64,000 nt of DNA from assembly GCA_045637985.1 (NCBI GenBank), contig JAZUAM010000028.1:11735-75734 (forward strand). Reading direction: 5' to 3'. The notes beneath the pieces were generated by a model. The model was not told the origin of the DNA. It saw nothing but the letters and a program-made list of their open reading frames with translations, and searched no databases. The stretch is from Alphaproteobacteria bacterium. Lineage in GTDB: Bacteria; Pseudomonadota; Alphaproteobacteria; RF32; CAG-239. Positions 1 to 9,886 of this stretch are shown one piece after another (the stretch's first letter is position 1; each line of letters begins with the position of its first letter). The position numbers and the translations under genes were made by a program.

Positions 1-1
1 A

Positions 2-376
2 TCTCCCAAACTTCAAGGAAACGAAACCGATTTCAAAATAGCCGTTATCAATATAATATTAAATGCCATAAAAGCCATGCCCAACAAAGGATTGCTTAAA
101 ATACAATTAACCGTATCCGCACAAAAAGAAATAAAAATCAGTTTCAAAGACAATGGTATCGGAATTGCCAAATCATCACTTCCCAACATTTTTAACCCCT
201 ATTTTTCTGACAACCATCAAAAAAGCTCTAATACATCCGGCTCCGGTCTGGGATTAGCAATTACCAAATCAATTGTTGAAAAATTCGGTGGTTCCATATC
301 CGTAACATCCGTCTTAGGAAAAGGAAGCTGTTTTACAATGCAGTTTCCGACAAACAAAAAACTTGCAAAAAAATAA
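2..376 (+). CDS. Sensor histidine kinase, C-terminal HATPase domain (5' part outside the window)
   Basis: The frame is open from base 2. It shows the N box NIILNAIKAMP, G1 DNGIGI, F box IFNPYFS and G2 GSGLGLAI. Confidence 0.9.
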   Translation, partial: SPKLQGNETDFKIAVINIILNAIKAMPNKGLLKIQLTVSAQKEIKISFKDNGIGIAKSSLPNIFNPYFSDNHQKSSNTSGSGLGLAITKSIVEKFGGSISVTSVLGKGSCFTMQFPTNKKLAKK

Positions 377-391
377 ATCACGTATTATAAA
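363..391 (+). promoter_or_regulatory. Putative sigma70 promoter of infA
   Basis: TTGCAA-N17-TATAAA ending about 40 bp upstream of the ATG. Confidence 0.35.
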
Positions 392-428
392 CATCTAAAA
401 AACAAAACTACTTTTCAAGGATTTTTAT

Positions 429-650
429 ATGAGTAAAGAAGAACTTTTAGAGCTTACCGGTGAAGTTATTGAAAAACTTCCCAATGCAATGTTCAGGGTA
501 AAGCTTGAAAATGGCGTAGAAATTCTCGCCCATACAGCCGGCAAAATGCGCAAATTTCGTATCCGTGTTATGGTTGGCGACAAAGTCGATATCGAAATGA
601 CACCATACGATTTGACAAAAGGACGTATTACCTTTCGTCACAAAGACTAA
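429..650 (+). CDS. infA: Translation initiation factor IF-1
   Basis: [29 protein letters not shown]...[11 protein letters not shown]...[15 protein letters not shown]. Confidence 0.99.
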   Translation: MSKEELLELTGEVIEKLPNAMFRVKLENGVEILAHTAGKMRKFRIRVMVGDKVDIEMTPYDLTKGRITFRHKD

Positions 651-663
651 AATAATAATAATC

Positions 664-699
664 ATTAAACCCCCGACTTTTACAAGCCGGGGGTTTAAT
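664..699 (+). terminator. Intrinsic terminator hairpin after infA
   Basis: Inverted repeat ATTAAACCCCCG...CGGGGGTTTAAT between convergent genes. Confidence 0.75.
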
Positions 700-711
700 A
701 CATACTTTGCT

Positions 712-742
712 GAAATTTTCCCCGATTTACTGGGGAAATTTC
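712..742 (-). terminator. Second hairpin, likely terminating the PilV-like gene
   Basis: Imperfect inverted repeat GAAATTTTCCCC...GGGGAAATTTC about 20 bp past the stop codon. Confidence 0.55.
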
Positions 743-759
743 CATTCTGTTAACATCTG

Positions 760-3700
760 CTACCACGCATCATCATAATCAAGAGACGGATCATTAACCG
801 CTTTATCCCAATCCGCATTCTTGCTATATCCGTAACGATAATTATTCAGCTGGTCATATGTATCAACCGGTCCCTTATCACCCCATGTCCATTTACGTGT
901 GGTTCCTGAAACTATCGGATGCCTGTCAAAATAGCAATAAACATTAATTGCCGCCGCCATATCTTGAGCATAAACCGGAAAGATATTCCAATAAACTTGA
1001 TCCGATGGTAATGCATTAAATTCTGATTCAGTTACTATTCCGGCATCAATCAAAACAGTTTTATATTGTTTAGGACGATAAATAAATCCCATAATAGTAT
1101 GCCACCCCATAAAACCTGAACTACTATGAACTTCTTGAATTGATGTATTCAACCATGTGTTTGTCTGAAACGTCAAAGGAAAACCTGTATAAACCCCATG
1201 CTTGTGCGAATCTCCGCCATCAGCATACAACTCAAAAAACGTTTCTCTGGGATTACTCGGTCTGTCATAATATTCAAAAAATTTATCACCATCCACAATC
1301 GATCTATAATCTGATGGCTTAGTTGTAACCCAATCCTCTGCTCCGTACAACGCATATGCTTCAGCCATACGCCATCTGATAGGATTTATTGTAATCACTT
1401 TGGCATAATTTTTCGGACACTGCGGAGCCGGAACAAATCCCAACCACGGCGAAGCAATACACGATGCATTATCACACGAAGCCGTTGCTCCGGTAACACT
1501 CCCATCACCATTGATAGCAACATCACTTTCCCACTCAAATGTAGCCCCGCCACTCTTTTTATTTTGATAAGTATTATCCGCAATATAAATTCCTTTATTA
1601 ATAAAATCAGGCAATATATCACTCAATCTCGCACCACCGCGACTGGCTAACTTAATATCATTCATAACTGACGTATACGCCGGATTTACTTGATAATAAT
1701 CGTACGGCTTCGTAACTGAACCACCTGTTGATGTATACCCTTTATATGCGTCACCGGTTGGATACGGAACATCACTGACCAGTCTTCTGGCTCGAATATA
1801 CCCATCTGCAGCACCACTAGGTGTCCTTAACTCAATAATTCCTTTTCGACTGATTGTCACACCGGGATCGGCTTGTTCTTCAAAAACATCTAATGCTGTT
1901 TTAGTCCACGCTCCATCACTAATACTTTTATCCGGTAAACTAGTTCCATTTTCACTATTAATATAAATTCCACGTTCATCAATAAGTATTCCTCGTCCTT
2001 TATTATCCAACTTTAAAGCTCCACCTTCTAAATACAAAGACGCCGGTGTTGACGCATCAGCACCCTTTCCTGTTATCCCAATCTTAGAATTAGTTGCTTC
2101 AAATATCGATGTCTCCGAACCGCTTGCTCCAATCTTTAATGTCGCACTTGTTCCCTTCATCTGAAAACGCGCATTCGAACCCTGCGACAACAAAACACCA
2201 TCTGATGAATTTATTTTAAAATCACCATTAGCATTCCTCAAAACCAACGAACCGGATTGAACCATCAACCCATCTTGCGATCCCATAGTTGCATAGTCAA
2301 CACCAATATATGCTGATGAATCATTTGTATTAATCCTTTCCCCTGAACCAACATTACCACCTACAGCAAAATTATTCCCTTTTACAGCTGTACCGCTAGA
2401 CGTTACTTCAAAATAATTTCCCGGTGATGTATTACCACTTTGGCCCCCAACCTTAATACCATTCTTTGCATATAACCAATCCGCCATAACTTTTGTTTCT
2501 TCTCCAACCTCCGGCACTAAAATAACATCACCATAAACCGTTACATCCCCACCAACATTTAAATTCTTTTCCATCGTTACATCACTTTTAAATGTCGTTG
2601 GCCCATTAATTGTGTTTCCGGCATCTTTATCAACCTCTACATAATTATCACCGGCTTTCATCGTAACACTCTTATCACCGACAATATTAACATTGGTTCC
2701 ACCGATTGTTGTATTTCCATCTGCATCCATACTTATATCACCGGTTACATCAACCGTAAAAGAGTTCCCTGCAAATTTAGCAGAACCGCTATCCTGCAAA
2801 AAATCACCATTTACTGTTGTTTTATCAAGTGTCGTATCACCATCAACATCTAAATTACCGGCAACATTAACATTAGCCTTTGCATCAACATTTCCTGTAA
2901 GAGTACTTGTTCCGTTAACCAACAAATTTCCGCCCACGGTCAAATCTGTTCCTGTCGTAACCGCGCCAACCAAATTAGATGTTCCCGTAACCCATAAATT
3001 ACTATCATCACCACCACCTTTTTTTCCGATATATACCGTATCATTATTCCCTGTTCCGGCAGCAGCAATCAATGACACAACCTCTTCAACATTATTTCCG
3101 CCCATATACAATGTTGTTTGCATTCTGTTTTTATCCAAATCACCTTCATAGGTTCTATACAATGCTTGATCCGAAGATACATCACCGGTCGCAGCTGAAA
3201 TAGCATCCGTCGAAATTATAACCAGACTTCCATCTTTATAAGCACCATCTAACCCATAATCCCCTAAAGTTGCTTCCCATGTTCCTTGTACACCATTCAA
3301 TTTGTGTTCTTCACCTATTTGTCTGTATACACCACCGTTTGCTCCAATCATTGATGCAATTTTCGAAGATCTTGCCATTGTCAAACTATCTCTTAGCGGT
3401 GCCAAAACCGCAGAAGTAAACACATTATGCTTAATCCCGTTTTTGTCCTCAACTTCTCTTTTTCTGACAGCAATTTCAAAATCTTCAAACATCTTAGATT
3501 TTTGAACATCAAACCCATGCGGCAGATATTCTTCTAACTTTGCTATCTCTTCAGCTGTCAATTTGAAACTTTCGGTCGCGTGAGCATCCCCGATTTCATA
3601 ATAATTATCACTGATAAATTGATCAACCGCGCTTGACACCATTCTCATCTGGGTTGCCACATTAATATCTTGTAACTCCGTTGTTCTTTCGGCTGCTTTT

Positions 3701-3804
3701 TTATACAAAATAGGTGTAACCATAGTAATAAGACCAAGTAAAGCCAAAGCCTCAACCATCATACTACCTTTTTGCAAACTGTTTCTTACATCAAACTTTT
3801 TCAT
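760..3804 (-). CDS. PilV-like (shufflon-family) type IVb pilus tip adhesin / large minor pilin, 1014 aa
   Basis: Prepilin motif QKG|SMMVE followed by a hydrophobic helix. PilV N-domain-like motifs AVDQFISDNY, YLPHGF, IASMIGANGG, GVQGTW and LYRTYEGDLDKNRMQTTLYMGGNNV. Central G/V/N/T/D beta repeats. PilV-like C-terminal YQVNPAYTSVMNDI...LSDILP...VPAPQCP. Confidence 0.7.
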   Translation of the reverse strand: MKKFDVRNSLQKGSMMVEALALLGLITMVTPILYKKAAERTTELQDINVATQMRMVSSAVDQFISDNYYEIGDAHATESFKLTAEEIAKLEEYLPHGFDVQKSKMFEDFEIAVRKREVEDKNGIKHNVFTSAVLAPLRDSLTMARSSKIASMIGANGGVYRQIGEEHKLNGVQGTWEATLGDYGLDGAYKDGSLVIISTDAISAATGDVSSDQALYRTYEGDLDKNRMQTTLYMGGNNVEEVVSLIAAAGTGNNDTVYIGKKGGGDDSNLWVTGTSNLVGAVTTGTDLTVGGNLLVNGTSTLTGNVDAKANVNVAGNLDVDGDTTLDKTTVNGDFLQDSGSAKFAGNSFTVDVTGDISMDADGNTTIGGTNVNIVGDKSVTMKAGDNYVEVDKDAGNTINGPTTFKSDVTMEKNLNVGGDVTVYGDVILVPEVGEETKVMADWLYAKNGIKVGGQSGNTSPGNYFEVTSSGTAVKGNNFAVGGNVGSGERINTNDSSAYIGVDYATMGSQDGLMVQSGSLVLRNANGDFKINSSDGVLLSQGSNARFQMKGTSATLKIGASGSETSIFEATNSKIGITGKGADASTPASLYLEGGALKLDNKGRGILIDERGIYINSENGTSLPDKSISDGAWTKTALDVFEEQADPGVTISRKGIIELRTPSGAADGYIRARRLVSDVPYPTGDAYKGYTSTGGSVTKPYDYYQVNPAYTSVMNDIKLASRGGARLSDILPDFINKGIYIADNTYQNKKSGGATFEWESDVAINGDGSVTGATASCDNASCIASPWLGFVPAPQCPKNYAKVITINPIRWRMAEAYALYGAEDWVTTKPSDYRSIVDGDKFFEYYDRPSNPRETFFELYADGGDSHKHGVYTGFPLTFQTNTWLNTSIQEVHSSSGFMGWHTIMGFIYRPKQYKTVLIDAGIVTESEFNALPSDQVYWNIFPVYAQDMAAAINVYCYFDRHPIVSGTTRKWTWGDKGPVDTYDQLNNYRYGYSKNADWDKAVNDPSLDYDDAW

Positions 3805-3814
3805 CGCAACCTCC

Positions 3815-4489
3815 TTACCGTCTGCTCATAAAAGCCAGACAGGTTCCAAAATCATTCACACAGTCTTTAAGACCATAATGACTCATTCCTATATTATCAA
3901 CTATCGACGAAGGCACCGGATATTTTGTCCCTTCATAATTAACAATATACCAATTTCCGCTCTCAATAATAACATAACCGATCATATCTTTTTTACCAAA
4001 CATAGTTCTAAATGCATCCATCATATCCGAAGACGGCTTTATATCATAACCGCCGCCATCAAGCAATGTAACATTTTGCCACTTTTCGGGAATAGGCCCA
4101 TAAGTTATCAGCATCCGCGAAATCTTAGTATCATGAACCTTATCACAAGAGCCTGTCCCTGTCTTCAATACCGTCATATCATCATTCATACAATAAAGAG
4201 CCGTAACATAATCCGTATTATCTATAAACCCAAACGGCAAATAATCAGCCATCATATCCGACGTAATTTCGCCCGTAACATAGTCAACCTTTCTTTCATA
4301 GGGGTCACTGTAATACGGCCATGCCCGCTCAATCATGTATTGCGAAGCCGCTCTTTGCTTTGCTACTAATTGCATTACCTTTGCTTGAGCCACCGGCACA
4401 ACGGTCTTTTCATGCATATCCGGTCTGATAGGCAATACATACGCGGCAATCATTGCCAAAAAAGTTGTCAAAACCACCCAAACATACAT
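3815..4489 (-). CDS. Membrane-anchored PilM-like (type IVb pilus accessory) protein, co-transcribed with the PilV-like gene
   Basis: N-terminal hydrophobic helix followed by AQAKVMQLVAKQRAASQY. Shares a YLPxGF motif with the downstream gene. The 10-bp gap contains GGAGG. Confidence 0.4.
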   Translation of the reverse strand: MYVWVVLTTFLAMIAAYVLPIRPDMHEKTVVPVAQAKVMQLVAKQRAASQYMIERAWPYYSDPYERKVDYVTGEITSDMMADYLPFGFIDNTDYVTALYCMNDDMTVLKTGTGSCDKVHDTKISRMLITYGPIPEKWQNVTLLDGGGYDIKPSSDMMDAFRTMFGKKDMIGYVIIESGNWYIVNYEGTKYPVPSSIVDNIGMSHYGLKDCVNDFGTCLAFMSRR

Positions 4490-4677
4490 AAAAAAGCTCC
4501 TTATGCCACCTACTTATGTCAGTATAACACATAAATTGTTTCAAATATGTTAAATTATCGTCTTATAAATCTTTTTTTATTAAAACATTTAATAACTGAC
4601 AAATTTGCATTTATTTATAAAAATAATAGGCTAAAATGTAACAAAGTTGGAATATTAATAAAAATGGCTGAAGTTTT

Positions 4678-5187
4678 ATGATTGAGGATGAAGAACTGAC
4701 CGAGGTTGAACAATCTGGCGACAATCAACCGCAAAAGCGCAAAAGAATAATGATTTTGTTGCTTCCGTTGTTAATTGTTATAGGTGTTTCTGTCGGAATA
4801 TATTTTGCATTAAACAACAGTTACGATTCTTTAAATGTCGGATACAGCGTTGTTCAACATGACAAAGATTCGCCCGACAACATTACCGTTTTTTATGACC
4901 TTCCGGAACTGAAAACATCCGTAAAGGGCAAAAAACGTTCTCACGATTTGAGAATCAAACTCAATATTGAATTATCAAGTATTGAAGATATGAAAGTAAT
5001 TGAGGCTCTAACCCCAAGACTAAGCGATGCAATTATCGGGCATATAATTGAACTAAACATCGATGAAATTGAAGGTTCAACAGGATTATATTGGCTTAAA
5101 GAAGAGTTGCTATATCGCCTAAACCTCGTAGCGGCCCCAATCAAAATAAAGAAACTTAATTTTAGTATTTTTGAACTACAAAAATAA
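4678..5187 (+). CDS. fliL: Flagellar basal body-associated protein FliL
   Basis: Acidic/basic N-terminus and a single TM helix. FYDLPEL...EGSTGLYWLKEELLYRLN. Directly upstream of fliM. Confidence 0.85.
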   Translation: MIEDEELTEVEQSGDNQPQKRKRIMILLLPLLIVIGVSVGIYFALNNSYDSLNVGYSVVQHDKDSPDNITVFYDLPELKTSVKGKKRSHDLRIKLNIELSSIEDMKVIEALTPRLSDAIIGHIIELNIDEIEGSTGLYWLKEELLYRLNLVAAPIKIKKLNFSIFELQK

Positions 5188-5208
5188 ATTCTGCAAAGGT
5201 AAACCACT

Positions 5209-6207
5209 GTGGCAAACGAAAATAATATAACGGAAAATGATGCTCAAGATTCTAAAGTGCTGAATCAGGAAGAAATCGATTCTTTATTGGGATACGGTAT
5301 CTCTGAAGAAGACAATTTTACTCAAAAAAATGGCGTTCAGGCTATTCTCGATTCCAATATGGTGTCATATGAACGATTACCGATGCTCGAAATTGTTTTT
5401 GATCGTCTAATCCGTTTAATGGCAACATCTTTACGTAACTTCACACAAGACAATGTTGAAGTATCTCTTGATTCCATTGAATCTATGCGTTTTGGTGAAT
5501 ACATTGATTCGCTTACTTTGCCGACACTTATCAACGTTTTTAAGGCCGATGAATGGGATAATTACGGACTAATGTCTTTAGACAGCTCCCTTATATATTC
5601 AATGGTTGATGTCTTGCTTGGAGGACGTCGCGGTACCGCTGCAATGCGTATTGAAGGACGCCCGTATACCACAATAGAATTAAATATCGTCAAAGAAATA
5701 ATCCAACTTATTTTGAGTGACTTATCTTCAGCTTTTGACCCGATAACATCTGTCGGATTTATATTTGATCGTCTTGAAACCAATCCTCGCTTTGCCACAA
5801 TTACTCGTATGTCCAATGCTGTAATAGTCGCTCACTTGCGAATTGATATGGAAGATCGAGGCGGTCGCATAGACTTAATGTTGCCATATGCAACTCTTGA
5901 ACCGATTCGTGAATTACTTTTACAAATGTTTATGGGTGAACGATTTGGTCGAGACACAATTTGGGAAAATCACTTAATGTCGCAACTATGGGATACCGAT
6001 GTTGAAATTAAGGCTGTCATAAAAGAAACAGAAGCTTTATTAAGCGATGTTTCCGGATGGAAAAAAGGATCATTTTTACCTCTTGAAATTACTCCGGATG
6101 AAAACATCTCAATTTTTTGCGGAGATGTTCCTTTGTTTCAAGGTGTTATGGGGCGCAAAGAAGATAATGTTGTCATTAAAGTAAAAGGAAAGGCTGATAA
6201 AAAATGA
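5209..6207 (+). CDS. fliM: Flagellar motor switch protein FliM
   Basis: CheY-binding motif VLNQEEIDSLL, SYERLPMLEIVFDRL, EGRPYTTIE, ETNPRFA and a C-terminal SPOA domain. GTG start. Confidence 0.97.
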   Translation: MANENNITENDAQDSKVLNQEEIDSLLGYGISEEDNFTQKNGVQAILDSNMVSYERLPMLEIVFDRLIRLMATSLRNFTQDNVEVSLDSIESMRFGEYIDSLTLPTLINVFKADEWDNYGLMSLDSSLIYSMVDVLLGGRRGTAAMRIEGRPYTTIELNIVKEIIQLILSDLSSAFDPITSVGFIFDRLETNPRFATITRMSNAVIVAHLRIDMEDRGGRIDLMLPYATLEPIRELLLQMFMGERFGRDTIWENHLMSQLWDTDVEIKAVIKETEALLSDVSGWKKGSFLPLEITPDENISIFCGDVPLFQGVMGRKEDNVVIKVKGKADKK

Positions 6208-6629
6208 CAAGCTTAGAACTCATTATCAACATAATAATAATAGCACTATTAATTCCGACTATAATATATGCCTACCGCCTAAACAAAAGTTTAAGCGAGC
6301 TTCGCCAAAATCAAAAAAGCTTAGCTCAATTGGTTTCGGCTCTGAATGAAGCAACTTTTAAGGCTGAAAATTCGATTCCCAAACTAAAATCTGCCACCGA
6401 ACATTCATCTGAAGGTCTCAAAGAAGTTGTAGACAGTGCCAAAGAACTCAAAAATGATTTGTTGTTCATCAACGAACGTGCCGACAGTCTTGCCGATCGT
6501 CTTGAAAATGTTATAAGTACGTCTCGCACCATAAAACCGGCTGAAGAACCTTCTCCTGTCACCAATCCGGCTAATGATCGTGCTGCAGCCGAACTTGAAT
6601 TATTAAAAGCTTTAAGATCTATTAAATAG
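6204..6629 (+). CDS. DUF6468-like membrane-anchored coiled-coil protein (flagellar cluster)
   Basis: N-terminal TM helix, coiled coil DLLFINERADSLADRLE and C-terminal AELELLKAL. Overlaps the fliM stop (ATGA). Confidence 0.7.
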   Translation: MTSLELIINIIIIALLIPTIIYAYRLNKSLSELRQNQKSLAQLVSALNEATFKAENSIPKLKSATEHSSEGLKEVVDSAKELKNDLLFINERADSLADRLENVISTSRTIKPAEEPSPVTNPANDRAAAELELLKALRSIK

Positions 6630-6637
6630 GGTAAAAA

Positions 6638-7279
6638 ATGTTTAACAATAAAATAAAAATACGCCTGCTTCCAATATTTATTTTTGTTGCTGTTCTTTCT
6701 CTTAGCATTAAAATAAACAGCGTATACGACCTATATCGCCAAACAGAAAATACAAAATTAAGTATATCTGCATCTCAAGCAAAGGCAGAAGAAAAACTTA
6801 ATAAAGAAACGTCTGACCTGACAAATGTTTTAAAAAACGGCAACCAATCCGGTGAAACTCAAAGCAATGTTTCTACGGCTTTTTCAAACTCCGAAATTTT
6901 GATTTTGCAAGAATTGGCCGAACGTCGTGAAAATTTGGATGCACGAGCCAAAGAAATCGACAAACGAGCTATTCAACTAAAAGTTACCGAAAAAGAAATA
7001 GATAAAAAAATTCAACAACTTAAAGAATATGAACAACGTCTGGCCAAATTGATAAACCAATATTCAGAAAAAGAAAAAGAAAACATAAATTCTTTGGTAA
7101 AATTATACACCTCTATGAAGCCTAAGGATGCTGCTCGTATTTTTAATACTTTGGATTTAGATATAACCATTGCTATTTTGAAAGGAATGAAACCATCAAA
7201 CACATCTGCAATAATATCTCAAATGACTCCGGAAAAAGCTCAAGAAATAACAGCGGCACTAATAGGAAATAACTTTTAA
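6638..7279 (+). CDS. MotE family flagellar motility protein (MgtE-N-like C-terminus)
   Basis: N-terminal RLLP plus TM helix, coiled coil, and LVKLYTSMKPKDAARIF...SAIISQMTPEKA. Confidence 0.8.
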   Translation: MFNNKIKIRLLPIFIFVAVLSLSIKINSVYDLYRQTENTKLSISASQAKAEEKLNKETSDLTNVLKNGNQSGETQSNVSTAFSNSEILILQELAERRENLDARAKEIDKRAIQLKVTEKEIDKKIQQLKEYEQRLAKLINQYSEKEKENINSLVKLYTSMKPKDAARIFNTLDLDITIAILKGMKPSNTSAIISQMTPEKAQEITAALIGNNF

Positions 7280-7300
7280 CCCCAAATATATGGCAACGAT

Positions 7301-9886
7301 TTGAAACAGACGAAAAACATATCTTTATTAGTCATAACGGCAGGAATTATATTTGCCGGCATCTTATCAGTGTCAAAAGCTCAAACAATTGATTCCGGAA
7401 TCACCGAATTTGGAATGGAAACTGTTCTTCAAGAAGACATCCACCTTCCACCATTAAACAAAAAACAATTGTTTAACAAAAACTCCATAATTACCAAAGA
7501 TGAAATAGCCAGCTTGCGTTTTGTATGGAATGCGCCGGTAAATATAGCCACATTCAAACGTAATGATAAAATATGGATGGTTTTTGACAAACCCAACAGA
7601 GTTGATGTTGCCGCCTTAAAAAAAGAAGCCAAACATCTTGCTAAAGAAATCTACACTCTGCCTCATCCGGGTGGAACAATTGTCGTTGTTGTTCCGGCGC
7701 CTGGCGTAAAGCACTCTTTACGTAAAGAAGGTTTACTATGGATTTTAGACTTATACACGGGACGTCCGCCAAAGTTTAAAACCCAAAATATGACAATATT
7801 CACGCAATATGATAGCTTGAAAAACTCTTATCTTTTCATTCCGACAAATTACGCCGGAAATGTTTTGTCGTTTTTAGATCCTGAAATTGGTGATATTATT
7901 TCTGTAGCAACAACATCACAGCTTGGACTTGGCTTTGATTCTCCCTACAGATATCCCGATTTTGATATTTTAGAAACATCCCAAGGTTTGGCGTTTATCG
8001 TCAATGCTCCTGACATTATGTTAAACAGAGGAAATTCCGGTATAACCCTAAAAGCTTTAGGAAGAAGCTTAAACATTACCCATGACCTCGATGCCTTAAA
8101 ACGTAACCAACGTTATAAGGTTTCGGATACTGAAGCAAGCCACATAAACGCTTTTAGTTTGCAAATCCCCCAAAAACTAACCACCCAAAACATTAGTGAT
8201 GTTATAGATGATTTCAAAAAACAAATACTAGCAGCACCTAACGATCAAAAAAATCTTTTAAGATTAAAACTTGCACAATATTATATATACAACGGATTGG
8301 GAACAAACGCTCTCTATATTTTAAATCAAATGCAAAATCTTGATTTGCCCGAAACAAAAACAGATCGTTTTTATGCTCTATCCGGAATAGCAAACTTTTT
8401 AGCTCGACGCTATAAACAAGCTGTTAAAAATTTTTCCGAAGGAACCATTTTAAATACCGAAGAAGGTGTTTTTTGGAAAACCATAGCTCAAAGCGCATCC
8501 GAATACAAAGAAGAAAATAACAAAATCATATTTGCACATATTTCTTTAATGAGAGACTATCCTCAAGCAATTAAAGATGAGGTTGCCATTATTGCCGCTC
8601 GACATGCAATCGCGACAAACGACGATTTATCGTCTCAAAACTTTATTGATATTTTAAGAGCGGTTCCTGATCGTCTGCGCAATCTTGCTCCTCAGATAAC
8701 CTACCTTACGGCTCAAAAACTGGAAATGCAGGGATATTTGCGTAATGCCATCAAAGAATATTCCAAATTACTTAATTCCGATTCTACAATGTTTTCGGCT
8801 TATGCTCGTTTTCATCATACTGTTTTAAGCCAAATGATTAATTTTATTGACATCCAAACCGCTATAACAGAACTTGAAAAATTGCGTTATGCTTGGGGCG
8901 AAAAATCTTTTAAAATTCGTTTGTTAAACAAATTGGCTGATTTTTACCTTAAAAACAAAGATTATTACAATGCACTGCGTATTTTAAACGAAGAAGGATT
9001 TATAGCTGACGGAGAACAAAAAACCGGTATAGCAAAAAAAATGGTCAAAATCTTTGAAGACATCTTTATTGGTAATCATGCTGATGAAAATCTCTCACCA
9101 ATAAAATCTTTAGCATTATATCAAGATTTCAAATGGGTATCAGCATTAAGCCCAAAACAAAATATGATAATCCAAAAACTGGCTGACAGATTGGTGGCGG
9201 TAGACTTGCTTCCTCGCGCCCAAGAATTGTTAATGTCATTACTTCAAAAAGATGATTTGACACCAAACAATTATGCCCGCATAGGATCTCGTCTGGCAGT
9301 AATTTACCTTTTCGAAGAAAAACCTCAAGAAGCTCTTGATATTTTAGAAGCAACCGATTCTCCTTTTCTTACACCGGAAACTATTAATCCCAGACGTATA
9401 ATAGCATCTCGCGCTCTATCGGCACTAAATCGCCCGGAAGAAGCTCTTGAATTGTTGGAAGATGACAACAGCCCCAATGCAATAATGCATAAATTCGAAA
9501 TATATTGGAATGCCGGCGATTGGGATAGAGCATCTAATACCATAAAACAAATGATTGAAGAACCGACACCGGGCAAACCATTGTCGACAGAACAGATAAA
9601 TTATATTCTTGATTGGGCAACAACACTCAAACAAGCCGGTAAAGAAACTGTTTTAGTCAGACTCCGCAACAAATTTGCCCCATATTTCAAAAACACACCA
9701 TACCAAAGTGCCTTTAATGTCTTAACTAATCACCTTGAAAAAGAAAAAATAAGTATTAAAGATATAAAAACGATCATAACCGATGCAAAAAACTTCAATG
9801 ATTTTGCAAAATTTTATACTGAAACATTAGAAGAACATAGCAAAGAAAAGCCAAACGAAGAAACCAATACATCAGAAAATGAATAG
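7301..9886 (+). CDS. Large exported TPR-rich protein associated with the flagellar operon
   Basis: N-terminal signal/TM, a beta-rich N-region, then helical repeats ([20 protein letters not shown]). TTG start. Confidence 0.65.
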   Translation: MKQTKNISLLVITAGIIFAGILSVSKAQTIDSGITEFGMETVLQEDIHLPPLNKKQLFNKNSIITKDEIASLRFVWNAPVNIATFKRNDKIWMVFDKPNRVDVAALKKEAKHLAKEIYTLPHPGGTIVVVVPAPGVKHSLRKEGLLWILDLYTGRPPKFKTQNMTIFTQYDSLKNSYLFIPTNYAGNVLSFLDPEIGDIISVATTSQLGLGFDSPYRYPDFDILETSQGLAFIVNAPDIMLNRGNSGITLKALGRSLNITHDLDALKRNQRYKVSDTEASHINAFSLQIPQKLTTQNISDVIDDFKKQILAAPNDQKNLLRLKLAQYYIYNGLGTNALYILNQMQNLDLPETKTDRFYALSGIANFLARRYKQAVKNFSEGTILNTEEGVFWKTIAQSASEYKEENNKIIFAHISLMRDYPQAIKDEVAIIAARHAIATNDDLSSQNFIDILRAVPDRLRNLAPQITYLTAQKLEMQGYLRNAIKEYSKLLNSDSTMFSAYARFHHTVLSQMINFIDIQTAITELEKLRYAWGEKSFKIRLLNKLADFYLKNKDYYNALRILNEEGFIADGEQKTGIAKKMVKIFEDIFIGNHADENLSPIKSLALYQDFKWVSALSPKQNMIIQKLADRLVAVDLLPRAQELLMSLLQKDDLTPNNYARIGSRLAVIYLFEEKPQEALDILEATDSPFLTPETINPRRIIASRALSALNRPEEALELLEDDNSPNAIMHKFEIYWNAGDWDRASNTIKQMIEEPTPGKPLSTEQINYILDWATTLKQAGKETVLVRLRNKFAPYFKNTPYQSAFNVLTNHLEKEKISIKDIKTIITDAKNFNDFAKFYTETLEEHSKEKPNEETNTSENE

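Noticed and set aside
651-1700. Shufflon (invertible PilV C-terminal cassettes)
   Set aside because: No recombinase, repeated crossover sites or spare cassettes are visible. The gene ends at terminators next to infA.
2693-3151. 152-aa plus-strand ORF, and similar shadow ORFs (3878-4369, 24122-24646, 26200-26832, 48644-49123)
   Set aside because: They are antisense to well-supported genes, have no motifs, and are explained by codon bias on the coding strand.
4490-4677. CtrA box in the fliL/pil intergenic region
   Set aside because: TTAA half-sites are present, but I found none at N7 spacing.
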